A stretch of DNA of 64,000 bases from the human T2T-CHM13v2.0 reference genome, Homo sapiens. The stretch lies in NCBI RefSeq assembly GCF_009914755.1, contig NC_060942.1; one strand, written 5' to 3'. The translations under genes were made by a program, and so were the position numbers. The notes under the pieces were generated by a model. The model worked only from the letters and a program-made list of their open reading frames with translations. It was not told the DNA's origin and searched no databases. Shown here one piece after another: positions 40,301-55,300 of this stretch; the first letter of the stretch is position 1, and each line of letters begins with the position of its first letter.

Positions 40301-43300
40301 CCATAAAAACTAGACAGAAGCATTCTCAGAAACTTACTCGTGATGTGTGTCCTCAACTAAAGGAGTAGAACCTTTCTATTCATAGAGAAGTTTTGAAACG
40401 CTCTTTTTGTGGAATCTCCAAGTGGATATTTGGTTAGTTTTGAGGATTTCGTTGGAAGCGGGAATTCATACAAATTGCAGACTGCAGCGTTCTGAGAAAC
40501 ATCTTTGTGATGTTTGTATTCAAGACACAGAGATGAACATTCCCTATCATAGAGCATGTTGGAATCACTCCTTTTGTAGTATCTGGAAGTGGACATTTGG
40601 AGCGCTTTCAGGCCTATGTTGAAAAAGGAAATATCTTCCCATAACAACTAGACACAAGCATTCTCAGAAACTTGTTTGTGATGTGTGCCCTCTACTGACA
40701 GAGTTGAACCTTTCTTTTCATAGAGCAGTTTTGAAACACTCTTTTTGTAGAATCTGCAAGAGGATATTTGCATAGCTTTGAGGATTTCGTGGGAAACGGG
40801 ATTGTCTTCAGGTAAAATCTAGACAGAAGCATTCTCAGAAACTTCTTTGGGATGTTTGCATTCAAGTCACAGAGTAGAACATTCCCTTTGGTAGAGCAGG
40901 TTTGAAACCCTCTTTTTGTAGTATCTGGAAGTGGACATTTGGAGCGCTTTCAGGCCCATGTTGGAAAGGGAAATATCTTCCCGTAACAACTAGGCAGAAG
41001 CATTCTCAGAAACTTATTTGAGATGTGTGTACTCAACTAAGAGAATTGAACCACCGTTTTGAAGGAGCAGTTTTGAAACCCTCTTTTTCTGGAATCTGCA
41101 AGAGTATATTTGCCTAGCCTTGAGGATTTCGTTGGAAACGGGATTGTCTTCAGATAAAATCTAGATAGAAGCATTCTCAGAAACTTCTTTGGGATGTTTG
41201 CATTCAAGTCACAGAGTAGAACATTCCCTTTGGTAGAGCAGGTTTGAAACACTCTTTTTTTAGTATATGGAAGTGGACATTTGGAGCGCTTTCAGGCCTA
41301 CGTTGGAAAAGGAAATATCTTCCCATAACAACTAGACAGAAGCATTCTCAGAAACTAGTTTCTGATGTGTGTCCTCAACTAACACAGTTGTACATTTCTT
41401 TATACAGAACAGTTTTGAAACACTCTTTTTGTGGAATCTGCAAGTGGATATTGGGCTAGATTTGAGGATTTCGTTGGAAAAAGGATTACATATAAAAAGC
41501 AGACAGCAGCATTCTCAGAAAGTTCTTTGTGATGATTGCATTCAAGTCACAGAATTGAACATTCCCTTTCACAGAGCAGGTTTGAAACACTCTTTTTGTA
41601 GTGTGTGTAAGTGGACATTTGGAGCGCTTTCCGGCCTAAGGTGAAAAAGGAAATATCTTCCCATAAAAACTAGACAGAAGCATTCTCAGAAACTTACTCG
41701 TGATGTGTGTCCTCAACTAAAGGAGTAGAACCTTTCTATTCATAGAGAAGTTTTGAAACGCTCTTTTTGTGGAATCTCCAAGTCGATATTTGGCTAGTTT
41801 TGAGGATTTCGTTGGAAGCGGGAATTCATCCAAATTGCAGACTGCAGCGTTCTGAGAAACATCTTTGTGATGTTTGTATTCAGGACACAGAGATGAACAT
41901 TCCCTATCATAGAGCAGGTTGGAATCACTCCTTTTGTAGTATCTGGAAGTGGACATTTGGAGCGCTTTCAGGCCTATGTTGAAAAAGGAAATATTTTCCC
42001 ATAACAACTAGACACAAGCATTCTCAGAAACTTGTTTGTGATGTGTGCCCTCTACTGACAGAGTTGAACCTTTCTTTTCATAGAGCAGTTTTGAAACACT
42101 CTTTTTGTAGAATCCGCAAGAGGATATTTGCATCGCTTTGAGGATTTCGTGGGAAACGGGATTGTCTTCAGGTAAAATCTAGACAGAAGCATTCTCAGAA
42201 ACTTCTTTGGGATGTTTGCATTCAAGTCACAGAGTAGAACATTCCCTTTGGTAGAGCAGGTTTGAAACACTCTTTTTGTAGTATCTGGAAGTGGACATTT
42301 GGAGCGCTTTCAGGCCCATGTTGGAAAGGGAAATATCTTCCCGTAACAACTAGGCAGAAGCATTCTCAGAAACTTATTTGAGATGTGTGTACTCAACTAA
42401 GAGAATTGAACCACCGTTTTGAAGGAGCAGTTTTGAAACACTCTTTTGCTGGAATCTGCAAGAGTATATTTGCCTAGCCTTGAGGATTTCGTTGGAAACG
42501 GGATTGTCTTCAGATAAAATCTAGACAGAAGCATTCTCAGAAACTTCTTTGGGATGTTTGCATTCAAGTCACAGAGTAGAACATTCCCTTTGGTAGAGCA
42601 GGTTTGAAACACTCTTTTTTTAGTATATGGAAGTGGACATTTGGAGCGCTTTCAGGCCTACGTTGGAAAAGGAAATATCTTCCCATAACAACTAGACAGA
42701 AGCATTCTCAGAAACTAGTTTGTGATGTGTGTCCTCAACTAACACAGTTGTACATTTCTTTAGACAGAACAGTTTTGAAACACTCTTTTTGTGGAATCTG
42801 CAAGTGGATATTGGGCTAGATTTGAGTATTTCGTTGGAAACGGGATTACATATAAAAAGCAGTCAGCAGCATTCTCAGAAAGTTCTTTGTGATGATTGCA
42901 TTCAAGTCACAGAATTGAACATTCCCTTTCACAGAGCAGGTTTGAAACACTCTTTCTGTAGTGTGTGTAAGTGGACATTTGGAGCGCTTTCCGGCCTAAG
43001 GTGAAAAAGGACATATCTTCCCATAAAAACTAGACAGAAGCATTCTGAGAAACTTACTCGTGATGTGTGTCCTCAACTAAAGGAGTAGAACCTTTCTATT
43101 CATAGAGGAGTTTTGAAACGCTCTTTTTGTGGAATCTCCAAGTGGATATTTGGCTAGTGTTGAGGATTTCGTAGGAAGCGGGAATTCATACAAATTGCAG
43201 ACTGCAGCGTTCTGAGAAACATCTTTGTGATGTTTGTATTCAGGACACAGACATGAACATTCCCTATCATAGAGCAGGTTGGAATCACTCCTTTTGTAGT

Positions 43301-46300
43301 ATCTGGAAGTGGACATTTGGAGCGCTTTCAGGCCTATGTTGAAAAAGGAAATATCTTCCCATAACAACTAGACACAAGCATTCTCAGAAACTTGTTTGTG
43401 ATGTGTGCCCTCTACTGACAGAGTTGAACCTTTCTTTTCATAGAGCAGTTTTGAAACACTCTTTTTGTAGAATCCGCAAGAGGATATTTGCATAGCTTTG
43501 AGGATTTCGTGGGAAACGGGATTGTCTTCAGGTAAAATCTAGACAGAAGCATTCTCAGAAACTTCTTTGGGATGTTTGCATTCAAGTCACAGAGTAGAAC
43601 ATTCCCTTTGGTAGAGTAGGTTTGAAACACTCTTTTTGTAGTATCTGGAAGTGGACATTTGGAGCGCTTTCAGGCCCATGTTGGAAAGGGAAATATCTTC
43701 CCGTAACAACTAGGCAGAAGCATTCTCAGAAACTTATTTGAGATGTGTGTACTCAACTAAGAGAATTGAACCACCGTTTTGAAGGAGCAGTTTTGAAACA
43801 CTCTTTTTCTGGAATCTGCAAGAGTATATTTTCCTAGCCTTGAGGATTTCGTTGGAAACGGGATTGTCTTCAGATAAAATCTAGACAGAAGCATTCTCAG
43901 AAACTTCTTTGGGATGTTTGCATTCAAGTCACAGAGTAGAACATTCCCTTTGGTAGAGCAGGTTTGAAACACTCTTTTTTTAGTATATGGAAGTGGACAT
44001 TTGGAGCGCTTTCAGGCCTACGTTGGAAAAGGAAGTATCTTCCCATAACAACTAGACAGAAGCATTCTCAGAAACTAGTTTCTGATGTGTGTCCTCAACT
44101 AACACAGTTGTACATTTCCTTAGACAGAACAGTTTTGAAACACTCTTTTTGTGGAATCTGCAAGTGGATATTGGGCTAGATTTGAGGATTTCGTTGGAAA
44201 CGGGATTACATATAAAAAGCAGTCAGCAGCATTCTCAGAAAGTTCTTTGTGATGATTGCATTCAAGTCACAGAATTGAACATTCCCTTTCACAGAGCAGG
44301 TTTGAAACACTCTTTTTGTAGTGTGTGTAAGTGGACATTTGGAGTGCTTTCCGGCCTAAGGTGAAAAAGGACATATCTTCCCATAAAAACTAGACAGAAG
44401 CATTCTCAGAAACTTACTCGTGATGTGTGTCCTCAACTAAAGGAGTAGAACCTTTCTATTCATAGAGAAGTTTTGAAACGCTCTTTTTGTGGAATCTCCA
44501 AGTGGATATTTGGTTAGTTTTGAGGATTTCGTTGGAAGCGGGAATTCATACAAATTGCAGACTGCAGCGTTCTGAGAAACATCTTTGTGATGTTTGTATT
44601 CAAGACACAGAGATGAACATTCCCTATCATAGAGCATGTTGGAATCACTCCTTTTGTAGTATCTGGAAGTGGACATTTGGAGCGCTTTCAGGCCTATGTT
44701 GAAAAAGGAAATATCTTCCCATAACAACTAGACACAAGCATTCTCAGAAACTTGTTTGTGATGTGTGCCCTCTACTGACAGAGTTGAACCTTTCTTTTCA
44801 TAGAGCAGTTTTGAAACACTCTTTTTGTAGAATCTGCAAGAGGATATTTGCATAGCTTTGAGGATTTCGTGGGAAACGGGATTGTCTTCAGGTAAAATCT
44901 AGACAGAAGCATTCTCAGAAACTTCTTTGGGATGTTTGCATTCAAGTCACAGAGTAGAACATTCCCTTTGGTAGAGCAGGTTTGAAACACTCTTTTTGTA
45001 GTATCTGGAAGTGGACATTTGGAGCGCTTTCAGGCCCATGTTGGAAAGGGAAATATCTTCCCGTAACAACTAGGCAGAAGCATTCTCAGAAACTTATTTG
45101 AGATGTGTGTACTCAACTAAGAGAATTGAACCACCGTTTTGAAGGAGCAGTTTTGAAACCCTCTTTTTCTGGAATCTGCAAGAGTATATTTGCCTAGCCT
45201 TGAGGATTTCGTTGGAAACGGGATTGTCTTCAGATAAAATCAAGATAGAAGCATTCTCAGAAACTTCTTTGGGATGTTTGCATTCAAGTCACAGAGTAGA
45301 ACATTCCCTTTGGTAGAGCAGGTTTGAAACACTCTTTTTTTAGTATATGGAAGTGGACATTTGGAGCGCTTTCAGGCCTACGTTGGAAAAGGAAATATCT
45401 TCCCATAACAACTAGACAGAAGCATTCTCAGAAACTAGTTTCTGATGTGTGTCCTCAACTAACACAGTTGTACATTTCTTTAGACAGAACAGTTTTGAAA
45501 CACTCTTTTTGTGGAATCTGCAAGTGGATATTGGGCTAGATTTGAGGATTTCGTTGGAAACAGGATTACATATAAAAAGCAGACAGCAGCATTCTCAGAA
45601 AGTTCTTTGTGATGATTGCATTCAAGTCACAGAATTGAACATTCCCTTTCACAGAGCAGGTTTGAAACACTCTTTTTGTAGTGTGTGTAAGTGGACATTT
45701 GGAGCGCTTTCCGGCCTAAGGTGAAAAAGGAAATATCTTCCCATAAAAACTAGACAGAAGCATTCTCAGAAACTTACTCGTGATGTGTGTCCTCAACTAA
45801 AGGAGTAGAACCTTTCTATTCATAGAGAAGTTTTGAAACGCTGTTTTTGTGGAATCTCCAAGTCGATATTTGGCTAGTTTTGAGGATTTCGTTGGAAGCG
45901 GGAATTCATCCAAATTGCAGACTGCAGCGTTCTGAGAAACATCTTTGTGATGTTTGTATTCAGGACACAGAGATGAACATTCCCTATCATAGAGCAGGTT
46001 GGAATCACTCCTTTTGTAGTATCTGGAAGTGGACATTTGGAGCGCTTTCAGGCCTATGTTGAAAAAGGAAATATTTTCCCATAACAACTAGACACAAGCA
46101 TTCTCAGAAACTTGTTTGTGATGTGTGCCCTCTACTGACAGAGTTGAACCTTTCTTTTCATAGAGCAGTTTTGAAACACTCTTTTTGTAGAATCCGCAAG
46201 AGGATATTTGCATCGCTTTGAGGATTTCGTGGGAAACGGGATTGTCTTCAGGTAAAATCTAGACAGAAGCATTCTCAGAAACTTCTTTGGGATGTTTGCA

Positions 46301-49300
46301 TTCAAGTCACAGAGTAGAACATTCCCTTTGGTAGAGCAGGTTTGAAACACTCTTTTTGTAGTATCTGGAAGTGGACATTTGGAGCGCTTTCAGGCCCATG
46401 TTGGAAAGGGAAATATCTTCCCGTAACAACTAGGCAGAAGCATTCTCAGAAACTTATTTGAGATGTGTGTACTCAACTAAGAGAATTGAACAACCGTTTT
46501 GAAGGAGCAGTTTTGAAACACTCTTTTTCTGGAATCTGCAAGAGTATATTTGCCTAGCCTTGAGGATTTCGCTGGAAACGGGATTGTCTTCAGATAAAAT
46601 CTAGACAGAAGCATTCTCAGAAACTTCTTTGGGATGTTTGCATTCAAGTCACAGAGTAGAACATTCCCTTTGGTAGAGCAGGTTTGAAACACTCTTTTTT
46701 TAGTATATGGAAGTGGACATTTGGAGCGCTTTCAGGCCTACGTTGGAAAAGGAAATATCTTCCCATAACAACTAGACAGAAGCATTCTCAGAAACTAGTT
46801 TCTGATGTGTGTCCTCAACTAACACAGTTGAACTTTTCTTTAGACAGAACAGTTTTGAAACACTCTTTTTGTGGAATCTGCAAGTGGATATTGGGCTAGA
46901 TTTGAGGATTTCGTTGGAAACGGGATTACATATAAAAAGCAGACAGCAGCATTCTCAGAAAGTTCTTTGTGATGATTGCATTCAAGTCACAGAATTGAAC
47001 ATTCCCTTTCACAGAGCAGGTTTGAAACACTCTTTTTGTAGTGTGTGTAAGTGGACATTTGGAGCGCTTTCCGGCCTAAGGTGAAAAAGGAAATATCTTC
47101 CCATAAAAACTAGACAGAAGCATTCTCAGAAACTTACTCGTGATGTGTTTCCTCAACTAAAGGTGTAGAACCTTTCTATTCATAGAGAAGTTTTGAAACG
47201 CTCTTTTTGTGGAATCTCCAAGTGGATATTTGGCTAGTTTTGAGGATTTCGTTGGAAGCGGGAATTCATCCAAATTGCAGACTGCAGCGTTCTGAGAAAC
47301 ATCTTTGTGATGTTTGTATTCAGGACACAGAGATGAACATTCCCTATCATAGAGCATGTTGGAATCACTCCTTTTGTAGTATCTGGAAGTGGACATTTGG
47401 AGCGCTTTCAGGCCTATGTTGAAAAAGGAAATATCTTCCCATAACAACTAGACACAAGCATTCTCAGAAACTTGTTTGTGATGTGTGCCCTCTACTGACA
47501 GAGTTGAACCTTTCTTTTCATAGAGCAGTTTTGAAACACTCTTTTTGTAGAATCTGCAAGAGGATATTTGCATAGCTTTGAGGATTTCGTGGGAAACGGG
47601 ATTGTCTTCAGGTAAAATCTAGACAGAAGCATTCTCAGAAACTTCTTTGGGATGTTTGCATTCAAGTCACAGAGTAGAACATTCCCTTTGGTAGAGCAGG
47701 TTTGAAACACTCTTTTTGTAGTATCTGGAAGTGGACATTTGGAGCGCGTTCAGGCCCATGTTGGAAAGGGAAATATCTTCCCGTAACAACTAGGCAGAAG
47801 CATTCTCAGAAACTTATTTGAGATGTGTGTACTCAACTAAGAGAATTGAACCACCGTTTTGAAGGAGCAGTTTTGAAACCCTCTTTTTCTGGAATCTGCA
47901 AGAGTATATTTGCCTAGCCTTGAGGATTTCGTTGGAAACGGGATTGTCTTCAGATAAAATCTAGATAGAAGCATTCTCAGAAACTTCTTTGGGATGTTTG
48001 CATTCAAGTCACAGAGTAGAACATTCCCTTTGGTAGAGCAGGTTTGAAACACTCTTTTTTTAGTATATGGAAGTGGACATTTGGAGCGCTTTCAGGCCTA
48101 CGTTGGAAAAGGAAATATCTTCCCATAACAACTAGACAGAAGCATTCTCAGAAACTAGTTTCTGATGTGTGTCCTCAACTAACACAGTTGTACATTTCTT
48201 TAGACAGAACAGTTTTGAAACACTCTTTTTGTGGAATCTGCAAGTGGATATTGGGCTAGATTTGAGGATTTCGTTGGAAACAGGATTACATATAAAAAGC
48301 AGACAGCAGCATTCTCAGAAAGTTCTTTGTGATGATTGCATTCAAGTCACAGAATTGAACATTCCCTTTCACAGAGCAGGTTTGAAACACTCTTTTTGTA
48401 GTGTGTGTAAGTGGACATTTGGAGCGCTTTCCGGCCTAAGGTGAAAAAGGAAATATCTTCCCATAAAAACTAGACAGAAGCATTCTCAGAAACTTACTCG
48501 TGATGTGTGTCCTCAACTAAAGGAGTAGAACCTTTCTATTCATAGAGAAGTTTTGAAACGCTCTTTTTGTGGAATCTCCAAGTCGATATTTGGCTAGTTT
48601 TGAGGATTTCGTTGGAAGCGGGAATTCATCCAAATTGCAGACTGCAGCGTTCTGAGAAACATCTTTGTGATGTTTGTATTCAGGACACAGAGATGAACAT
48701 TCCCTATCATAGAGCAGGTTGGAATCACTCCTTTTGTAGTATCTGGAAGTGGACATTTGGAGCGCTTTCAGGCCTATGTTGAAAAAGGAAATATTTTCCC
48801 ATAACAACTAGACACAAGCATTCTCAGAAACTTGTTTGTGATGTGTGCCCTCTACTGACAGAGTTGAACCTTTCTTTTCATAGAGCAGTTTTGAAACACT
48901 CTTTTTGTAGAATCCGCAAGAGGATATTTGCATAGCTTTGAGGATTTCGTGGGAAACGGGATTGTCTTCAGGTAAAATCTAGACAGAAGCATTCTCAGAA
49001 ACTTCTTTGGGATGTTTGCATTCAAGTCACAGAGTAGAACATTCCCTTTGGTAGAGCAGGTTTGAAACACTCTTTTTGTAGTATCTGGAAGTGGACATTT
49101 GGAGCGCTTTCAGGCCCATGTTGGAAAGGGAAATATCTTCCCGTAACAACTAGGCAGAAGCATTCTCAGAAACTTATTTGAGATGTGTGTACTCAACTAA
49201 GAGAATTGAACCACGGTTTTGAAGGAGCAGTTTTGAAACACTCTTTTTCTGGAATCTGCAAGAGTATATTTGCCTAGCCTTGAGGATTTCGTTGGAAACG

Positions 49301-52300
49301 GGATTGTCTTCAGATAAAATCTAGACAGAAGCATTCTCAGAAACTTCTTTGGGATGTTTGCATTCAAGTCACAGAGTAGAACATTCCCTTTGGTAGAGCA
49401 GGTTTGAAACACTCTTTTTTTAGTATATGGAAGTGGACATTTGGAGCGCTTTCAGGCATACGTTGGAAAAGGAAATATCTTCCCATAACAACTAGACAGA
49501 AGCATTCTCAGAAACTAGTTTCTGATGTGTGTCCTCAACTAACACAGTTGAACTTTTCTTTAGACAGAACAGTTTTGAAACACTCTTTTTGTGGAATCTG
49601 CAAGTGGATATTGGGCTAGATTTGAGGATTTCGTTGGAAACGGGATTACATATAAAAAGCAGACAGCAGCATTCTCAGAAAGTTCTTTGTGATGATTGCA
49701 TTCAAGTCACAGAATTGAACATTCCCTTTCACAGAGCAGGTTTGAAACACTCTTTTTGTAGTGTGTGAAAGTGGACATTTGGAGCGCTTTCCGGCCTAAG
49801 GTGAAAAAGGAAATATCTTCCCATAAAAACTAGACAGAAGCATTCTCAGAAACTTACTCGTGATGTGTTTCCTCAACTAAAGGAGTAGAACCTTTCTATT
49901 CATAGAGAAGTTTTGAAACGCTCTTTTTGTGGAATCTCCAAGTGGATATTTGGCTAGTTTTGAGGATTTCGTTGGAAGCGGGAATTCATACAAATTGCAG
50001 ACTGCAGCGTTCTGAGAAACATCTTTGTGATGTTTGTATTCAGGACACAGAGATGAACATTCCCTATCATAGAGCAGGTTGGAATCACTCCTTTTGTAGT
50101 ATCTGGAAGTGGACATTTGGAGCGCTTTCAGGCCTATGTTGAAAAAGGAAATATCTTCCCATAACAACTAGACACAAGCATTCTCAGAAACTTGTTTGTG
50201 ATGTGTGCCCTCTACTGACAGAGTTGAACCTTTCTTTTCATAGAGCAGTTTTGAAACACTCTTTTTGTAGAATCCGCAAGAGGATATTTGCATAGCTTTG
50301 AGGATTTCGTGGGAAACGGGATTGTCTTCAGGTAAAATCTAGACAGAAGCATTCTCAGAAACTTCTTTGGGATGTTTGCATTCAAGTCACAGAGTAGAAC
50401 ATTCCCTTTGGTAGAGCAGGTTTGAAACACTCTTTTTGTAGTATCTGGAAGTGGACATTTGGAGCGCTTTCAGGCCCATGTTGGAAAGGGAAATATCTTC
50501 CCGTAACAACTAGGCAGAAGCATTCTCAGAAACTTATTTGAGATGTGTGTACTCAACTAAGAGAATTGAACCACCGTTTTGAAGGAGCAGTTTTGAAACA
50601 CTCTTTTTCTGGAATCTGCAAGAGTATATTTGCCTAGCCTTGAGGATTTCGTTGGAAACGGGATTGTCTTCAGATAAAATCTAGACAGAAGCATTCTCAG
50701 AAACTTCTTTGGGATGTTTGCATTCAAGTCACAGAGTAGAACATTCCCTTTGGTAGAGCAGGTTTGAAACACTCTTTTTTTAGTATATGGAAGTGGACAT
50801 TTGGAGCGCTTTCAGGCCTACGTTGGAAAAGGAAATATCTTCCCATAACAACTAGACAGAAGCATTCTCAGAAACTAGTTTGTGATGTGTGTCCTCAACT
50901 AACACAGTTGTACATTTCTTTAGACAGAACAGTTTTGAAACACTCTTTTTGTGGAATCTGCAAGTGGATATTGGGCTAGATTTGAGTATTTCGTTGGAAA
51001 CGGGATTACATATAAAAAGCAGTCAGCAGCATTCTCAGGAAGTTCTTTGTGATGATTGCATTCAAGTCACAGAATTGAACATTCCCTTTCACAGAGCAGG
51101 TTTGAAACACTCTATCTGTAGTGTGTGTAAGTGGACATTTGGAGCGCTTTCCGGCCTAAGGTGAAAAAGGACATATCTTCCCATAAAAACTAGACAGAAG
51201 CATTCTGAGAAACTTACTCGTGATGTGTGTCCTCAACTAAAGGAGTAGAACCTTTCTATTCATAGAGAAGTTTTGAAACGCTCTTTTTGTGGAATCTCCA
51301 AGTGGATATTTGGCTAGTGTTGAGGATTTCGTAGGAAGCGGGAATTCATCCAAATTGCAGACTGCAGCGTTCTGAGAAACATCTTTGTGATGTTTGTATT
51401 CAGGACACAGACATGAACATTCCCTATCATAGAGCAGGTTGGAATCACTCCTTTTGTAGTATCTGGAAGTGGACATTTGGAGCGCTTTCAGGCCTATGTT
51501 GAAAAAGGAAATATCTTCCCATAACAACTAGACACAAGCATTCTCAGAAACTTGTTTGTGATGTGTGCCCTCTACTGACAGAGTTGAACCTTTCTTTTCA
51601 TAGAGCAGTTTTGAAACACTCTTTTTGTAGAATCCGCAAGAGGATATTTGCATAGCTTTGAGGATTTCGTGGGAAACGGGATTGTCTTCAGGTAAAATCT
51701 AGACAGAAGCATTCTCAGAAACTTCTTTGGGATGTTTGCATTCAAGTCACAGAGTAGAACATTCCCTTTGGTAGAGTAGGTTTGAAACACTCTTTTTGTA
51801 GTATCTGGAAGTGGACATTTGGAGCGCTTTCAGGCCCATGTTGGAAAGGGAAATATCTTCCCGTAACAACTAGGCAGAAGCATTCTCAGAAACTTATTTG
51901 AGATGTGTGTACTCAACTAAGAGAATTGAACCACCGTTTTGAAGGAGCAGTTTTGAAACACTCTTTTTCTGGAATCTGCAAGAGTATATTTTCCTAGCCT
52001 TGAGGATTTCGTTGGAAACGGGATTGTCTTCAGATAAAATCTAGACCGAAGCATTCTCAGAAACTTCTTTGGGATGTTTGCATTCAAGTCACAGAGTAGA
52101 ACATTCCCTTTGGTAGAGCAGGTTTGAAACACTCTTTTTTTAGTATATGGAAGTGGACATTTGGAGCGCTTTCAGGCCTACGTTGGAAAAGGAAATATCT
52201 TCCCATAACAACTAGACAGAAGCATTCTCAGAAACTAGTTTCTGATGTGTGTCCTCAACTAACACAGTTGTACATTTCTTTAGACAGAACAGTTTTGAAA

Positions 52301-55300
52301 CACTCTTTTTGTGGAATCTGCAAGTGGATATTGGGCTAGATTTGAGGATTTCGTTGGAAACGGGATTACATATAAAAAGCAGTCAGCAGCATTCTCAGAA
52401 AGTTCTTTGTGATGATTGCATTCAAGTCACAGAATTGAACATTCCCTTTCACAGAGCAGGTTTGAAACACTCTTTTTGTAGTGTGTGTAAGTGGACATTT
52501 GGAGTGCTTTCCGGCCTAAGGTGAAAAAGGACATATCTTCCCATAAAAACTAGACAGAAGCATTCTCAGAAACTTACTCGTGATGTGTGTCCTCAACTAA
52601 AGGAGTAGAACCTTTCTATTCATAGAGAAGTTTTGAAACGCTCTTTTTGTGGAATCTCCAAGTGGATATTTGGTTAGTTTTGAGGATTTCGTTGGAAGCG
52701 GGAATTCATACAAATTGCAGACTGCAGCGTTCTGAGAAACATCTTTGTGATGTTTGTATTCAAGACACAGAGATGAACATTCCCTATCATAGAGCATGTT
52801 GGAATCACTCCTTTTGTAGTATCTGGAAGTGGACATTTGGAGCGCTTTCAGGCCTATGTTGAAAAAGGAAATATCTTCCCATAACAACTAGACACAAGCG
52901 TTCTCAGAAACTTGTTTGTGATGTGTGCCCTCTACTGACAGAGTTGAACCTTTCTTTTCATAGAGCAGTTTTGAAACACTCTTTTTGTAGAATCTGCAAG
53001 AGGATATTTGCATAGCTTTGAGGATTTCGTGGGAAACGGGATTGTCTTCAGGTAAAATCTAGACAGAAGCATTCTCAGAAACTTCTTTGGGATGTTTGCA
53101 TTCAAGTCACAGAGTAGAACATTCCCTTTGGTAGAGCAGGTTTGAAACACTCTTTTTGTAGTATCTGGAAGTGGACATTTGGAGCGCTTTCAGGCCCATG
53201 TTGGAAAGGGAAATATCTTCCCGTAACAACTAGGCAGAAGCATTCTCAGAAACTTATTTGAGATGTGTGTACTCAACTAAGAGAATTGAACCACCGTTTT
53301 GAAGGAGCAGTTTTGAAACCCTCTTTTTCTGGAATCTGCAAGAGTATATTTGCCTAGCCTTGAGGATTTCGTTGGAAACGGGATTGTCTTCAGATAAAAT
53401 CTAGACAGAAGCATTCTCAGAAACTTCTTTGGGATGTTTGCATTCAAGTCACAGAGTAGAACATTCCCTTTGGTAGAGCAGGTTTGAAACACTCTTTTTT
53501 TAGTATATGGAAGTGGACATTTGGAGCGCTTTCAGGCCTACGTTGGAAAAGGAAATATCTTCCCATAACAACTAGACAGAAGCATTCTCAGAAACTAGTT
53601 TCTGATGTGTGTCCTCAACTAACACAGTTGTACATTTCTTTAGACAGAACAGTTTTGAAACACTCTTTTTGTGGAATCTGCAAGTGGATATTGGGCTAGA
53701 TTTGAGGATTTCGTTGGAAACGGGATTACATATAAAAAGCAGACAGCAGCATTCTCAGAAAGTTCTTTGTGATGATTGCATTCAAGTCACAGAATTGAAC
53801 ATTCCCTTTCACAGAGCAGGTTTGAAACACTCTTTTTGTAGTGTGTGTAAGTGGACATTTGGAGCGCTTTCCGGCCTAAGGTGAAAAAGGAAATATCTTC
53901 CCATAAAAACTAGACAGAAGCATTCTCAGAAACTTACTCGTGATGTGTGTCCTCAACTAAAGGAGTAGAACCTTTCTATTCATAGAGAAGTTTTGAAACG
54001 CTCTTTTTGTGGAATCTCCAAGTGGATATTTGGCTAGTTTTGAGGATTTCGTTGGAAGCGGGAATTCATACAAATTGCAGACTGCAGCGTTCTGAGAAAC
54101 ATCTTTGTGATGTTTGTATTCAGGACACAGAGATGAACATTCCCTATCATAGAGCAGGTTGGAATCACTCCTTTTGTAGTATCTGGAAGTGGACATTTGG
54201 AGCGCTTTCAGGCCTATGTTGAAAAAGGAAATATCTTCCCATAACAACTAGACACAAGCATTCTCAGAAACTTGTTTGTGATGTGTGCCCTCTACTGACA
54301 GAGTTGAACCTTTCTTTTCATAGAGCAGTTTTGAAACACTCTTTTTGTAGAATCCGCAAGAGGATATTTGCATAGCTTTGAGGATTTCGTGGGAAACGGG
54401 ATTGTCTTCAGGTAAAATCTAGACAGAAGCATTCTCAGAAACTTCTTTGGGATGTTTGCATTCAAGTCACAGAGTAGAACATTCCCTTTGGTAGAGCAGG
54501 TTTGAAACACTCTTTTTGTAGTATCTGGAAGTGGACATTTGGAGCGCTTTCAGGCCCATGTTGGAAAGGGAAATATCTTCCCGTAACAACTAGGCAGAAG
54601 CATTCTCAGAAACTTATTTGAGATGTGTGTACTCAACTAAGAGAATTGAACCACCGTTTTGAAGGAGCAGTTTTGAAACCCTCTTTTTCTGGAATCTGCA
54701 AGAGTATATTTGCCTAGCCTTGAGGATTTCGTTGGAAACGGGATTGTCTTCAGATAAAATCTAGACAGAAGCATTCTCAGAAACTTCTTTGGGATGTTTG
54801 CATTCAAGTCACAGAGTAGAACATTCCCTTTGGTAGAGCAGGTTTGAAACACTCTTTTTTTAGTATATGGAAGTGGACATTTGGAGCGCTTTCAGGCCTA
54901 CGTTGGAAAAGGAAATATCTTCCCATAACAACTAGACAGAAGCATTCTCAGAAACTAGTTTCTGATGTGTGTCCTCAACTAACACAGTTGTACATTTCTT
55001 TAGACAGAACAGTTTTGAAACACTCTTTTTGTGGAATCTGCAAGTGGATATTGGGCTAGATTTGAGGATTTCGTTGGAAACGGGATTACATATAAAAAGC
55101 AGTCAGCAGCATTCTCAGAAAGTTCTTTGTGATGATTGCATTCAAGTCACAGAATTGAACATTCCCTTTCACAGAGCAGGTTTGAAACACTCTTTTTGTA
55201 GTGTGTGTAAGTGGACATTTGGAGTGCTTTCCGGCCTAAGGTGAAAAAGGACATATCTTCCCATAAAAACTAGACAGAAGCATTCTCAGAAACTTACTCG

